A stretch of DNA of 54,069 nucleotides from a virus (IMGVR_UViG_3300036768_000196:1-54069), one strand, 5' to 3'; positions 1 through 9,364 are shown, counted from the first letter of the stretch. Numbers and translations are program-made. Notes: generated by a model not told the origin, from the letters alone.

Positions 1-661
1 AGGTCTTCGTGAGCTTAATGAGGAAATAGATGTTCATTCGGCGAATCAAAAGGCATTTAATCTACCAACGAGACTTATCTCCAAAAAGTACCTATTTCGT
101 ACTATTTACCGCGGCTCTGGCTGGAGTTTCGCTAATGATCCTGATTTTATGGGCGTTTCTGATGATCCTGACTTTTGGGATGAAATAAACAGGAAGTTCT
201 ATGACAAGTACAAAGGAATTGACAAGTACCATAGAAACCTTGCAGATCTGGTTATAAGAAACAAGCCTATTTGCTCACCACTTGGCCGTGAATGGCTAGT
301 TGGACTAAAAGAGAACGGAATGATTCCGTGGACAGTCTTGACTAATTATCCAGTGCAGGGTACTGGAAATGATCTTCTGGCAATAACAAGAATAAGCCTA
401 AGAAAGAACATGAATGAAAAAAAGATGCGGTCCCTTCTGGTATCTACTGTCCACGATTCGATCGTTGCTGATTGCCCTGAGGAGGAAGCAAAAGATGTAG
501 CCAACCTCATGTACGATGTATTTGACATTTACCTTCCGAAGAATGTGAAGGCTATCTGGAATATAGACTTGCCATGCAAGTTTCCATGCGAGGTTAAAAT
601 TGGTCCTAACCTCAAGGACATGGATAAATACCAAAAACAGGGTATTGACAGGCAGGACTGA
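1..661 (+). CDS. Family A DNA polymerase, C-terminal part (partial copy of 51445-52173)
   Basis: NYPVQG and motif C VHDSI; truncated by the window start. Confidence 0.9.
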   Translation, partial: GLRELNEEIDVHSANQKAFNLPTRLISKKYLFRTIYRGSGWSFANDPDFMGVSDDPDFWDEINRKFYDKYKGIDKYHRNLADLVIRNKPICSPLGREWLVGLKENGMIPWTVLTNYPVQGTGNDLLAITRISLRKNMNEKKMRSLLVSTVHDSIVADCPEEEAKDVANLMYDVFDIYLPKNVKAIWNIDLPCKFPCEVKIGPNLKDMDKYQKQGIDRQD

Positions 662-673
662 ATTGGATATAAT
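645..673 (+). promoter_or_regulatory. sigma70-type promoter
   Basis: TTGACA-17 nt-TATAAT exact consensus upstream of ORF 693. Confidence 0.85.
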
Positions 674-692
674 ATAGACAAAGAGGATAGAG

Positions 693-1220
693 ATGTTAAT
701 CGAGATCAAACAGGTATCTACGAAGAATGTAGTCAAAGGTAGAAACAAATACACCCAAATGGATGTAAGTTACCACAACCTGGACAAAAACCGGGAAGAG
801 GGTAAAAAATCCTTGATGTCATTTACTACTGAGCAGGCTACATGGAATGCCCTTTCAAATGCAAAACAGGGTGAAGTATACAAGGTAAAAGCACAGAAAA
901 ACGACAAAGGGTTTTGGGACTGGGTAGAAGCAGTCAAGGAGGAAACTAACCAGATGGTTCAAGGAAAGCCTATTCCTGTATCGACACGTCCAAACTATGA
1001 GACGGCTGATGAACGTGCCCGTAGGCAGGTTTATATTATCCGTCAAAGCTCTATTGCATCTGCAATCGAGTATTATAAAGACCAAGGCAAGCGACCTAAA
1101 GTAGAAGAAGTTCTGGCTCTTGCCAAGGTATTCGAGAACTATGTGATGTCGGAAGACGACAATAATGAGGTAACTCCCAAGGATACTTGGGAAGTTGCTG
1201 ATGAAGCGGAGATTAAATAA
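693..1220 (+). CDS. Phage replication protein, possibly ssDNA-binding
   Basis: Beta-rich N-terminus, IIRQSS motif, acidic C-terminal tail, lies between polymerase and exonuclease; function inferred. Confidence 0.5.
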   Translation: MLIEIKQVSTKNVVKGRNKYTQMDVSYHNLDKNREEGKKSLMSFTTEQATWNALSNAKQGEVYKVKAQKNDKGFWDWVEAVKEETNQMVQGKPIPVSTRPNYETADERARRQVYIIRQSSIASAIEYYKDQGKRPKVEEVLALAKVFENYVMSEDDNNEVTPKDTWEVADEAEIK

Positions 1221-1244
1221 TAAAGTCATCTTAGGCAAACTCAA

Positions 1245-2036
1245 ATGAAGTGTGAATCCTTCAAGAGAAATGCCAAATCCGTAAAAGAGCTACTTGCCTC
1301 TATCAGGAATGGTAAGTTCACGCTAGATGGAAGAAATCTTATTGTTCGTGGCAACCTTTCACTTAAAAATTTGGGATTAACTTCTCTTCTTGGTTGCCCA
1401 AAATATGTTGGTGGTGAATTTAACTGTTCAGGTAATGAGTTAAAAACATTAGAAGGGTCACCACAAAAAGTTGGTAGTTTTGATTGCAGCTTCAACGACT
1501 TAATTTCTCTTGAAGGCGGACCTCGAAAAGTAGAATACAGGTACGATTGCAGTGACAACAGGCTAAAAACACTTGAAGGTGCGCCACCAAAAGTTGGTAG
1601 TTTTGACTGTTCTCGCAACAACCTTCAAACATTGAAAGGCGGACCACAGGAAGTAGGTACCTACTTTATTTGCGACTACAATAAGCTCGAAACGCTGGAT
1701 GGAGGACCTGTTAAGGTAGGAGCTACTTATAGCTGTAGCAATAATAAGTTAATCTCTCTTAAGGGTGCACCACGGGTAGTTGGCTACAATTTTTATTGTA
1801 GACAAAACAAGCTATCTTCGTTAGAAGGTTGTCCTCGTACCATTGGCGGTAGTTTATACTGTGAAAAAAATAAACTTCTTACTTCACTTGAAGGAGGCCC
1901 ACGTTATATTGTTGAGGATGTTTATTTGTATGGTTGTCCTAACTTAATCTCTATTGAGAATTTTCATCTTTACTTGCCTAAAGTACTCGGCAAATTTTAT
2001 TTCAAAAAAAGGAGGTTTGTATGTACTATAAAGTAG
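1245..2036 (+). CDS. Leucine-rich-repeat-like protein
   Basis: About 9 tandem 20-22 aa repeats LxxLxGxPxxVGxxFxCxxNx. Confidence 0.8.
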   Translation: MKCESFKRNAKSVKELLASIRNGKFTLDGRNLIVRGNLSLKNLGLTSLLGCPKYVGGEFNCSGNELKTLEGSPQKVGSFDCSFNDLISLEGGPRKVEYRYDCSDNRLKTLEGAPPKVGSFDCSRNNLQTLKGGPQEVGTYFICDYNKLETLDGGPVKVGATYSCSNNKLISLKGAPRVVGYNFYCRQNKLSSLEGCPRTIGGSLYCEKNKLLTSLEGGPRYIVEDVYLYGCPNLISIENFHLYLPKVLGKFYFKKRRFVCTIK

Positions 2037-2200
2037 TTCGTAATGGAGTAACTGTAGCAAAGGGGTTTTCTAACTACGAGAAGGCACGTCAATTCTTGCG
2101 TAAACTTCTACGTAAGAAAGATCCGATTCGTGTGAACCGTCAGCCAGACCCGCTTTCTGCTTTCCTTTTCGGCTACGAAATCGTTCGAGTTGACAAATAA
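2021..2200 (+). CDS. Small hypothetical protein, 59 aa (MYYKVVRNGVTVAKGF...), absent from ORF track
   Basis: Strong SD AAGGAGGT before ATG 2021; open frame to TAA 2200; followed by a terminator. Confidence 0.75.
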   Translation: MYYKVVRNGVTVAKGFSNYEKARQFLRKLLRKKDPIRVNRQPDPLSAFLFGYEIVRVDK

Positions 2201-2211
2201 TAGATGACATG

Positions 2212-2235
2212 GCCTCCCCGCAAGGGGAGGCTTTT
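2212..2235 (+). terminator. Intrinsic terminator
   Basis: GCCTCCCC-GCAA-GGGGAGGC followed by TTTT. Confidence 0.75.
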
Positions 2236-2253
2236 CCTGACAAGGAATTACAG

Positions 2254-3021
2254 ATGTTGTGCCTTATTGATGGCGACATTGTAGCTTACAGATGCGCAGC
2301 TTCCTGCGAACCAACGAAAGAAAAACATGAGCGAGATCCCCTTGACATCGCAATTGCAAGAGCAGATTCCCTCTTATACCGCATCGTTAGTGACACTCAA
2401 TCTACTGAATATCGGCTCTTTATATCAGGCACTGGAAATTTTAGAAAAAAGCTCTATCCGCAGTACAAAGCTAATCGTGAACATTTACCACGACCAGTAT
2501 GGCTTGACGAACTTCGTAAATTTCTGGTTGAAGAATGGAAAAGTGAAGTCACTTCCGGAATTGAGGCTGACGACGGAATTGGAATCGCGGCTAAAGGCGA
2601 TTTTATCATCTGCACCATCGACAAAGATCTTCTACAAATCCCAGGACAACATTACAATTTTATCAAAGGCGAGTTTTTTGAAATGGATGAGCGCGATTCT
2701 GCGCTGGCTTTTTGGTCTTCGATGCTCATTGGGGACTCTGCGGATAACCTGCGAGGAATTCCATCCATCGGACCAGCAAGAGCAAGAAAAGCCCTTAGTG
2801 GCCTTAATCCCAAAGAAATGGAAGCCTTTGTTCGCAGCAGCTATGGAGAAGCCGGGCTCGACTTCTCTTTGTTTTATCGTCTATATCGTGTGATCAGATC
2901 TGAAGAAGAATTAAAAGAGGTATTGGATGAAACCGAAAAGCGCGAAAAACAAAGGGAGGCTGTTGCAGAATCTGATGGTGGAGAGAATACTGGAGGCGTT
3001 CCCGGATCTGACGGAGAATGA
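2254..3021 (+). CDS. 5'-3' exonuclease (T7 gp6/FEN-like)
   Basis: LIDGD, YKANR, EADD, DKDL and GDSADN motifs; start moved to ATG 2254 after AAGGA. Confidence 0.9.
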   Translation: MLCLIDGDIVAYRCAASCEPTKEKHERDPLDIAIARADSLLYRIVSDTQSTEYRLFISGTGNFRKKLYPQYKANREHLPRPVWLDELRKFLVEEWKSEVTSGIEADDGIGIAAKGDFIICTIDKDLLQIPGQHYNFIKGEFFEMDERDSALAFWSSMLIGDSADNLRGIPSIGPARARKALSGLNPKEMEAFVRSSYGEAGLDFSLFYRLYRVIRSEEELKEVLDETEKREKQREAVAESDGGENTGGVPGSDGE

Positions 3022-3274
3022 TGTAAGGAGTACATCATCTGGTACGAGGGGACGGGACATACAGCTATCTCAGAGGGCGCTTGGTTATTTCAACTATGCA
3101 GTGGAGTGCAAGAACAAAGCCAGGATCGCCATCTACAACGATTATAAACAGGCAATCACGCATGTAAAAAATGACGAAACACCTCTGCTTGTCATAAAGC
3201 AGAACAGATCCGAGCCGCTTGTAGTTATGAGCTTGGATCATTTTTTCGAGTTGATAAAAAATAAATGCACATAA
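2927..3274 (+). CDS. PD-(D/E)XK endonuclease, Holliday-junction-resolvase-like
   Basis: SAKNKGR...GRDI...VECKN...PLLVIKQNR pattern. Confidence 0.75.
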   Translation: MKPKSAKNKGRLLQNLMVERILEAFPDLTENDVRSTSSGTRGRDIQLSQRALGYFNYAVECKNKARIAIYNDYKQAITHVKNDETPLLVIKQNRSEPLVVMSLDHFFELIKNKCT

Positions 3275-3459
3275 AAAGACTAATCGAAACTGAGCACGGT
3301 GCTGTTGAATTTTCAGCAGAACTTAGTGGGGAGGAACTGGAAGTAGTCATTACAGTTGGACTAAACACTCTGCTAAGGGCGGGTGCTCTTCCTTTCCTAA
3401 CAGAACAGCGTCACGAAAATAAAGCAGTGATACTTAATTCTCCGGATAAAAAGCAATGA
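3265..3459 (+). CDS. Hypothetical protein
   Basis: ORF overlapping both neighbours. Confidence 0.6.
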   Translation: MHIKRLIETEHGAVEFSAELSGEELEVVITVGLNTLLRAGALPFLTEQRHENKAVILNSPDKKQ

Positions 3460-4217
3460 AAATAATGGTAATACCTGACGGACAAGTCAAGTCCGGTGTT
3501 CCTATGTCTCACTGGACATGGGCAGGTAAATACGCAGCATTGAAGAGGCCAGACATCATTGTGAATCTTGGTGATTGGGCTGATATGGAATCATTGTCTT
3601 CATACGACAAAGGGAAGAAATCCTTTGAAGGGCGAAGATATAAAAAGGACATTGATTCCATAAAGAAAGCAGTAACGATGTTCGAGAAGCCTATCAATGA
3701 TTTGAATGATGAACTGGCCAAGCAGCACAAAAAAAGATACAATCCACGAAAGATCATCACGCTAGGTAATCATGAAAACCGTATAGTCCGTGCAGTAGAA
3801 AGCAGCCCGGAGTATGAAGGTATCATTGATCTGAGTGATCTTCCTTACAAGGAACATGGATGGGAAGTATATCCATTCCTTCAGGTAGTAATCATCGAAG
3901 GGATTGCATTCAGTCATTACTTTACGACAGGCATTATGGGTAGGCCAGTAACTACCCCCGCTGCTTTGTGTAGAAAGACACACATGTCCTGTGTTATGGG
4001 GCACGTACAGAAAGAGGGCATACATACGGAATATCGGGTTGATGGTAAGAGGATCACAGGTATCTTTGCCGGTGCTTTCTACCTGCACGATGAAGACTAT
4101 CTTGGGCCACAGGGTAACCAGCACTGGAGGGGTATTTGGATGTTGCACAACGTCAAGGATGGGGACTTCGATATCATGCCTGTGAGTATGTCATATCTAG
4201 AAAGGAAATTTGGATGA
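3456..4217 (+). CDS. Calcineurin-like metallophosphoesterase
   Basis: IPDGQ, LGDWAD, GNHE, SH and GHVQ metal-binding motifs. Confidence 0.9.
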   Translation: MKIMVIPDGQVKSGVPMSHWTWAGKYAALKRPDIIVNLGDWADMESLSSYDKGKKSFEGRRYKKDIDSIKKAVTMFEKPINDLNDELAKQHKKRYNPRKIITLGNHENRIVRAVESSPEYEGIIDLSDLPYKEHGWEVYPFLQVVIIEGIAFSHYFTTGIMGRPVTTPAALCRKTHMSCVMGHVQKEGIHTEYRVDGKRITGIFAGAFYLHDEDYLGPQGNQHWRGIWMLHNVKDGDFDIMPVSMSYLERKFG

Positions 4218-4363
4218 TTGGCAAATCAATGTTCTTCGACAAGAAAGGCGGCTCTGTTAAACTTGAAGAGCCAAAAAAGAAAGACTTTGGTCTTGACGAA
4301 GGATACCCGGAAGATAATAAGGATCCTGAACCTGGTGTTCAACTAAGCATACCATTTGAATAA
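4214..4363 (+). CDS. Small hypothetical protein
   Basis: ATGA overlap with the upstream stop; SD AAGGA. Confidence 0.55.
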   Translation: MIGKSMFFDKKGGSVKLEEPKKKDFGLDEGYPEDNKDPEPGVQLSIPFE

Positions 4364-4364
4364 A

Positions 4365-4526
4365 ATGGGTAACACACTTTTGTTGACAGTTTCTTCGATC
4401 TATACCTTGGTAGGAATATCCTACATCAGGGAGAGAAACTATCCGTTAGCCTTGGTATTCTTCTGTTACGGACTGTCGAATCTTGGATTTATATGGTTGA
4501 ATTTGCAAACAATAAAAACGGAATGA
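4365..4526 (+). CDS. Small two-TM membrane protein, 53 aa, absent from ORF track
   Basis: MGNTLLLTVSSIYTLVGISYIRERNYPLALVFFCYGLSNLGFIWL...; fills the gap and its stop overlaps the next start. Confidence 0.6.
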   Translation: MGNTLLLTVSSIYTLVGISYIRERNYPLALVFFCYGLSNLGFIWLNLQTIKTE

Positions 4527-5056
4527 TGGAACCGTGGATAGAAACGTATACTGGAAATAAATTTAATTTTACTCACTTGCATGATATAAGTAAGATAAGT
4601 ATTGAAGATATTGGGCACTCTCTTGGTAACCTATGTAGGTACACAGGGCATTGCCAACACTTTTATAGTGTTGCTCAACATTCAGTAAATGTTTCTTATC
4701 TTGTTCCAAAAGAAAAAGCTGTATGGGGATTGTTACACGACGCAGCAGAAGCTTACTTAGGAGATATGTCTTCTCCACTTAAACTTCTGATTCCATCATA
4801 CAAGCTTTTTGAGCAAACCACCATGAGTCGAATAGCAAATAGATTTAATTTGCCTATCTTCTTTTGGGAAGACAAGGACGTAAAACTTGCAGATACTTCT
4901 CAATTGAAAATAGAATCATTTTATCTATTGCCTAATAAAGGAAAAGACTGGTATTTTCCAGACAATTGTGTTGATGGAATAAAACCAAAGAGGCTTACTC
5001 CAAAAGAGTCGATTGAACTGTTTATGGAGAGAGCAAAGGAGTTAGGAGTACGTTGA
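4523..5056 (+). CDS. HD-domain phosphohydrolase (YfdR/5'-deoxynucleotidase-like)
   Basis: EDIGHSL, CRYTGH, YSVAQHS and LLHDAAEAYLGD motifs. Confidence 0.85.
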   Translation: MMEPWIETYTGNKFNFTHLHDISKISIEDIGHSLGNLCRYTGHCQHFYSVAQHSVNVSYLVPKEKAVWGLLHDAAEAYLGDMSSPLKLLIPSYKLFEQTTMSRIANRFNLPIFFWEDKDVKLADTSQLKIESFYLLPNKGKDWYFPDNCVDGIKPKRLTPKESIELFMERAKELGVR

Positions 5057-5057
5057 T

Positions 5058-5483
5058 ATGGCACCGATACTTAGTGCATTAATTACTTTATTCGATCCTA
5101 TTTCAAAACTGATAGATAACCTTACCCTTTCTCCAGAGGAAAAGGCGAAGCTACAACAGGAACAATTCAAGCTACAGGCTGGTATTTATCTTCAGGCACT
5201 AGAATACGAGAAAGCTGCGATGGAGGCAAAAGCTAGTATCATTCAAGCAGAAGCAAAGTCGGATTCATGGCTAACCAAAAATTGGAGACCATTGGTAATG
5301 ATTTTCTTTTGTTCCATTGTTGGGATGTACTGGTTCGGCATCATGCCTCCAAATGCCACTCCTGATGTAATCAACAAGTTATTTGAAATCATCGAGCTTG
5401 GTCTTGGTGGGTATGTTATTGGCCGTAGTGTTGAGAAAGTTGTTCCTTCAATTGCTGAAGCGATTAAGAATAAAAAAGAGTGA
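5058..5483 (+). CDS. Holin, 3TM/GTA-holin-like
   Basis: EAKSDSWLTKNWRP, hydrophobic segments, GLGGYVIGRSVEK. Confidence 0.75.
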   Translation: MAPILSALITLFDPISKLIDNLTLSPEEKAKLQQEQFKLQAGIYLQALEYEKAAMEAKASIIQAEAKSDSWLTKNWRPLVMIFFCSIVGMYWFGIMPPNATPDVINKLFEIIELGLGGYVIGRSVEKVVPSIAEAIKNKKE

Positions 5484-5486
5484 TGT

Positions 5487-5684
5487 ATGGCTCTTACAGT
5501 AAATGACCTGGCCGAACGGCTACGGGTAATGGACGAAATTACCGTTATGGAGCTTCTGGATATTTCTTCAGAAGAACTGGTAGATCGCTTCGGTGATTTC
5601 ATCGAAGCTAAGTATGATGTATTGATTGGAATGTTTGACGATGTCGATGAAGAGGAAGACGGAGAAGGATCTCTTGAGTTCTAA
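5487..5684 (+). CDS. Small acidic phage protein
   Basis: DEITVMELLDISSEELVDRF motif; acidic tail. Confidence 0.7.
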   Translation: MALTVNDLAERLRVMDEITVMELLDISSEELVDRFGDFIEAKYDVLIGMFDDVDEEEDGEGSLEF

Positions 5685-5811
5685 AGACAGGCGTGATCCT
5701 AAGCATGAATTCAAAAAGGGACATCGTACCAAAAAACATTTTCTTAATTCTGTGAGAGATAAGGAGGCAATGGATGAAATCAGAACCGAAGTATTACAAG
5801 ATTCCCGTTGA
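5626..5811 (+). CDS. Small basic hypothetical protein (start uncertain)
   Basis: ORF bridging its neighbours. Confidence 0.5.
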   Translation: MECLTMSMKRKTEKDLLSSKDRRDPKHEFKKGHRTKKHFLNSVRDKEAMDEIRTEVLQDSR

Positions 5812-5944
5812 GACATTACGAGCCATTATCGGATACCTGTTGAATCGACCAATGTCGGAGGTTGAGGCAGGAGTATATGCTCTGCGTAATCTGGAGCCTC
5901 TTGTAGAAGAGGAGAAGAATACAGGAAAGACCAATGACAAATAA
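5774..5944 (+). CDS. Small hypothetical protein, 56 aa (MKSEPKYYKIPVETLRAIIGYLLNRPMSEV...), absent from ORF track
   Basis: SD AAGGAGG at 5761; frame overlaps the RNR start. Confidence 0.7.
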   Translation: MKSEPKYYKIPVETLRAIIGYLLNRPMSEVEAGVYALRNLEPLVEEEKNTGKTNDK

Positions 5945-8495
5945 GAGCAGATTCAAGACGCCTCTAGCTGAGGATGTATTTAGAAGGAAATATGCACAAG
6001 GGCCTAACGACACCTGGGATGCTCTTGCTGAAAGGGTTGTAGAAGATGTCTGTGGGACAAGGTGGGGAACAGAACACAAACTGATGTCGGATTCAGACAG
6101 AGAGGCCCTTGTGCAGGCTATTAAGGAATTCAAATTCATTCCCGGCGGAAGGTATCTTTACTATGCAGGAAGGCCGCTGAAATATTTTAACAACTGCTTT
6201 GGCGCTGAAACCAAAGTCTTAACAGACAGAGGTTGGCGTCGTATCAGTGAATTAGGGGTCGCCAATGTAGTAAGTCCAGTTGATGGGAAACTTTACCCTG
6301 CGGAGTTTAAATCACACGGTAAGCAGCAATTGTATAAAATCACATTTGCTACTGTACGTGGACATCAACGCCATACGTGGACTGTTAGAGCTACAAAAAA
6401 CCATCATTGGGTACTTATTGACGGGACAGATACTTATGACCTTCGTGTCGGTGATGTAGTCCCGGCTAATAAATATGCTGCTCAATTTAGCTCAAAACCA
6501 AATCGTGTTGCTTTTGCTCATGGTTTTGTTTACGGCGATGGTAACTCAAACGGTCAATTACGATTGTGTGCAGATAAAGACAAAAAATATCTTGATGAAT
6601 TGGCACTTGTGGGAACAGTTACCTACCCGCCATCAGCAAATGGAGATCCCGTACTTTATTTTAATCAAGATATTGATTGGAAATCTCTACCAAAAAACAC
6701 AGATGATCCAGAATACATTGCAGCCTTCATTGCTGGTTGGCTAGCAGCAGATGGATCAGAAACAGCCGGAAACAAACTTTGCTCTGTAAATAGAGAAGCA
6801 ATAGAATGGTTCCGAGAGTATGCTGCATTTGCTGGTATTGTTATTACAGGAGAAATTCGTTCACAAATTAGAAACGTTAAAATTAAAGACTATGAGTATA
6901 AAGATCATGAAATTTTTATCCAGAATTATCAATATGGAGATGAGTTTTCTGGATATAAAGTGATTAGTATTGAGCCTGATGCAGTTGAGGAGGTATATTG
7001 TCCATACGAGCCAGTACATAATCGCATTATTATCACACACGGCATTGACACATACCAATGCTATCTACTTCGTGTTGAAGATGACACGAGAGAGGAATGG
7101 AGCAATGTAGTATGGCGGGCAATGTCATGTTTAATGACAGGTGGTGGGATTGGAATTGACTATAGTATCGTCAGGCCATCAGGAAAACCTTTGCAGAGAA
7201 CTGGAGGAATTGCATCTGGTCCTATTCCATTGATGTATTGTATCAATGAGATTGGCAGGAACGTGATGCAAGGAGGTTCAAGAAGGTCAGCTATCTATGC
7301 TTCTCTTAACTGGAAGCATGAAGATATTGATGTATTCCTTGAAGCGAAGAACTGGCACAAACAGGAACTTGGCTTGGTGTATTCAGGAAAAGAGGGCACC
7401 AACAGCTATTACACAGTGGCAGATGCAAAGTTCGCTGATTTCAATTATCCTGCTCCATTGGATATGACCAACATTTCAGTGAACTATGACGATGCTGCTC
7501 TTGTTGGTGGTCTGGAGAACAACAAGGTATTCCTAAAGAATTGCTATCAGGCATTGTCAACAGGGGAGCCAGGATTTAGCTTCAATTTTGGAGACAAGCA
7601 AAAAGAAACCCTTCGGAACGCGTGCGTTGAGGTAACATCAGAAGACGACAGTGATGTCTGTAATCTTGGATCTATCAACATAGGCTCCATAGAAACACTG
7701 GAAGAGTTCAAGGATATCGTTATACTAGCAACCAAGTTCCTTGTCTGCGGAACGCTTCGAGCACACCTTCCTTATGAAAAGGTTTACAAAGTTCGAGAGA
7801 AGAATCGTAGGCTTGGGTTGGGCCTTATGGGCATTCATGAATGGTTACTCAAAAGGAATCAAAGATATGAAGTAACCAATGAACTGCACAAATGGCTTGC
7901 CGTATACCGAGACTATTCCCGTAAGGCAGCAGATGAGCATGCAGATCGCCTATTCGTAAGCAGGCCCGTTGCTTGCAGAGCAATTGCTCCTACAGGGACG
8001 ATTGGCATCCTTGCTTCAACTACCACGGGAATTGAGCCGCTGTATGCAGTAGCCTACAAACGTAGGTATTTGTCTGAAGGTACTCGGTGGAAGTATCAGT
8101 TCGTTGTCGATGCAACTGCCGCTTATTTGATAAAACACTACGGGATTGATCCAGACAAGATAGAAACAGCCTCAGATTTGGCAGAAGATTATGAGCGAAG
8201 AATCAAATTCCAGGCAGACGTTCAAGATTATGTTGACATGTCAATATCCAGCACCATCAACCTTCCTCCTTGGAACACAAGAGAAGGCACCGAAGATTAC
8301 GTCAAAAGATTTGCTGGTACGCTTGCCAAGTATGCTACACGTCTACGAGGGTTTACTTGTTACCCGGATGGAAGTAGAGGAGGTCAACCAATCACCAAAG
8401 TAGAATACAGTGAGGCTATAAAGCATCAAGGAGTTATTTTCGAAGAGAACGATATCTGTGATATAACAGGTAAAGGAGGTGTTTGCGGGGTATAA
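5934..8495 (+). CDS. nrdJ: Class II (adenosylcobalamin-dependent) ribonucleotide reductase containing an intein
   Basis: PGGR, NNC, GGGIG, RRSA, NACVE, CNLGSIN, APTGT and a C-terminal Cys pair; no NrdB gene in the genome; about 565 aa after splicing. Confidence 0.88.
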   Translation: MTNKSRFKTPLAEDVFRRKYAQGPNDTWDALAERVVEDVCGTRWGTEHKLMSDSDREALVQAIKEFKFIPGGRYLYYAGRPLKYFNNCFGAETKVLTDRGWRRISELGVANVVSPVDGKLYPAEFKSHGKQQLYKITFATVRGHQRHTWTVRATKNHHWVLIDGTDTYDLRVGDVVPANKYAAQFSSKPNRVAFAHGFVYGDGNSNGQLRLCADKDKKYLDELALVGTVTYPPSANGDPVLYFNQDIDWKSLPKNTDDPEYIAAFIAGWLAADGSETAGNKLCSVNREAIEWFREYAAFAGIVITGEIRSQIRNVKIKDYEYKDHEIFIQNYQYGDEFSGYKVISIEPDAVEEVYCPYEPVHNRIIITHGIDTYQCYLLRVEDDTREEWSNVVWRAMSCLMTGGGIGIDYSIVRPSGKPLQRTGGIASGPIPLMYCINEIGRNVMQGGSRRSAIYASLNWKHEDIDVFLEAKNWHKQELGLVYSGKEGTNSYYTVADAKFADFNYPAPLDMTNISVNYDDAALVGGLENNKVFLKNCYQALSTGEPGFSFNFGDKQKETLRNACVEVTSEDDSDVCNLGSINIGSIETLEEFKDIVILATKFLVCGTLRAHLPYEKVYKVREKNRRLGLGLMGIHEWLLKRNQRYEVTNELHKWLAVYRDYSRKAADEHADRLFVSRPVACRAIAPTGTIGILASTTTGIEPLYAVAYKRRYLSEGTRWKYQFVVDATAAYLIKHYGIDPDKIETASDLAEDYERRIKFQADVQDYVDMSISSTINLPPWNTREGTEDYVKRFAGTLAKYATRLRGFTCYPDGSRGGQPITKVEYSEAIKHQGVIFEENDICDITGKGGVCGV
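6195..7058 (+). mobile_element. Intein (288 aa) with a LAGLIDADG-like homing endonuclease domain
   Basis: Starts CFGAETKVLT; block B ATKNHHW; LAGLIDADG-like FAHGFVYGDG and FIAGWLAADG; ends IDTYQ/C; removal restores YFNN-CYLL. Confidence 0.9.
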
Positions 8496-8526
8496 AAAAA
8501 AGGGGGCTTTCGCCCCCTTTTTTTTT
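8494..8526. terminator. Bidirectional intrinsic terminator between the two genome arms
   Basis: A8-GGGGGC-TTTC-GCCCCC-T9 between convergent stop codons. Confidence 0.92.
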
Positions 8527-8884
8527 ACTGCTCTGTATTACCAGTTAATACGTTTTCCAATGTGTTTACTACTTCATGTTCCTTTTCCATGATTCCCTTT
8601 ACGTCCAATGGCCTTTCTCTGGCATACTCCATGGCATCGTATAAAAGAACATGAAGCATTTCGTGGCAAGCTACTGAATTGAGATTTTTATCAGTAATGG
8701 GAATGGTCCAGTATTGTCCCAAAGACACCATGCAAAGCTTACTAGATCTATCTCTAGGGAATGTACATAAAGCCAAGGCATTTATTTTTTTGTCTGTTTT
8801 TATTATGCTCCAGTCTTTTAGTCCAAATTTTTCCTGCCAATGGTAAACATATTGCATGAATTTGTTTTCATTTTTCTTTGACAT
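8525..8884 (-). CDS. Hypothetical protein with HExxH (HEMLH) motif, possible zinc metallopeptidase
   Basis: VACHEMLHVLL and a downstream E; start probably MSKKNE. Confidence 0.55.
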   Translation of the reverse strand: MSKKNENKFMQYVYHWQEKFGLKDWSIIKTDKKINALALCTFPRDRSSKLCMVSLGQYWTIPITDKNLNSVACHEMLHVLLYDAMEYARERPLDVKGIMEKEHEVVNTLENVLTGNTEQ

Positions 8885-8894
8885 CTTCCATACT

Positions 8895-9362
8895 TTATGT
8901 TCTTTGTTTTTCAATTTCCATCTCCGAATCAATAAACCTGCGTAGATCAGTTACACGGTTCATCCACCCTTTCAGGAAAACTTTACTGGCAGGACGACGC
9001 TCGACTATGGCATTATAGGCTGCAATCCTAAGTTGTAAATACTTTACATAGTTATTGTCACATTGGTTTAGAAAAGAGTAAGCTCGACTAGTCCCCATAT
9101 TGACTGATGTATCAAACATACAGGCTGCCAAAGGAAATCCAAGCTTTTCCCATTCAGGCTTCCAGTACTTGTCATAGTAAATATTGACTGCCTTGGCTAG
9201 CTTAAGATCTTTTACATCTTCTTTTGGAAGATTGTTTTCCTTATTGTAAGCATCCAGAGTCCTTTGGGTTATACCATAATTGGTAGCACCGCCGGGGTCT
9301 GCGGGATGGTTGACGTAACCTCCCTCATGATCTAGCACAAATTTAAGGATTCTTGCGAACAT
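8895..9362 (-). CDS. Endolysin, glycoside hydrolase family 108
   Basis: HEGGYVNHPADPGGATNYGIT, FDTSVNMG, C-terminal FLKGWMNRV. Confidence 0.92.
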   Translation of the reverse strand: MFARILKFVLDHEGGYVNHPADPGGATNYGITQRTLDAYNKENNLPKEDVKDLKLAKAVNIYYDKYWKPEWEKLGFPLAACMFDTSVNMGTSRAYSFLNQCDNNYVKYLQLRIAAYNAIVERRPASKVFLKGWMNRVTDLRRFIDSEMEIEKQRT

Positions 9363-9364
9363 CT

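Larger units (their letters stand above)
1..2557. repeat. Direct repeat, copy 1 (matches 51513-54069); circular overlap
   Basis: The sequence at base 1 (aggtcttcgtgagc) recurs at 51513. ORFs repeat at a constant 51512 offset (693 and 52205; 1245 and 52757). Confidence 0.97.

Noticed and set aside
4523-5056. DatZ of a 2-aminoadenine (Z-genome) pathway
   Set aside because: No PurZ/adenylosuccinate-synthetase-like gene is present; the motifs fit generic YfdR-like HD hydrolases.
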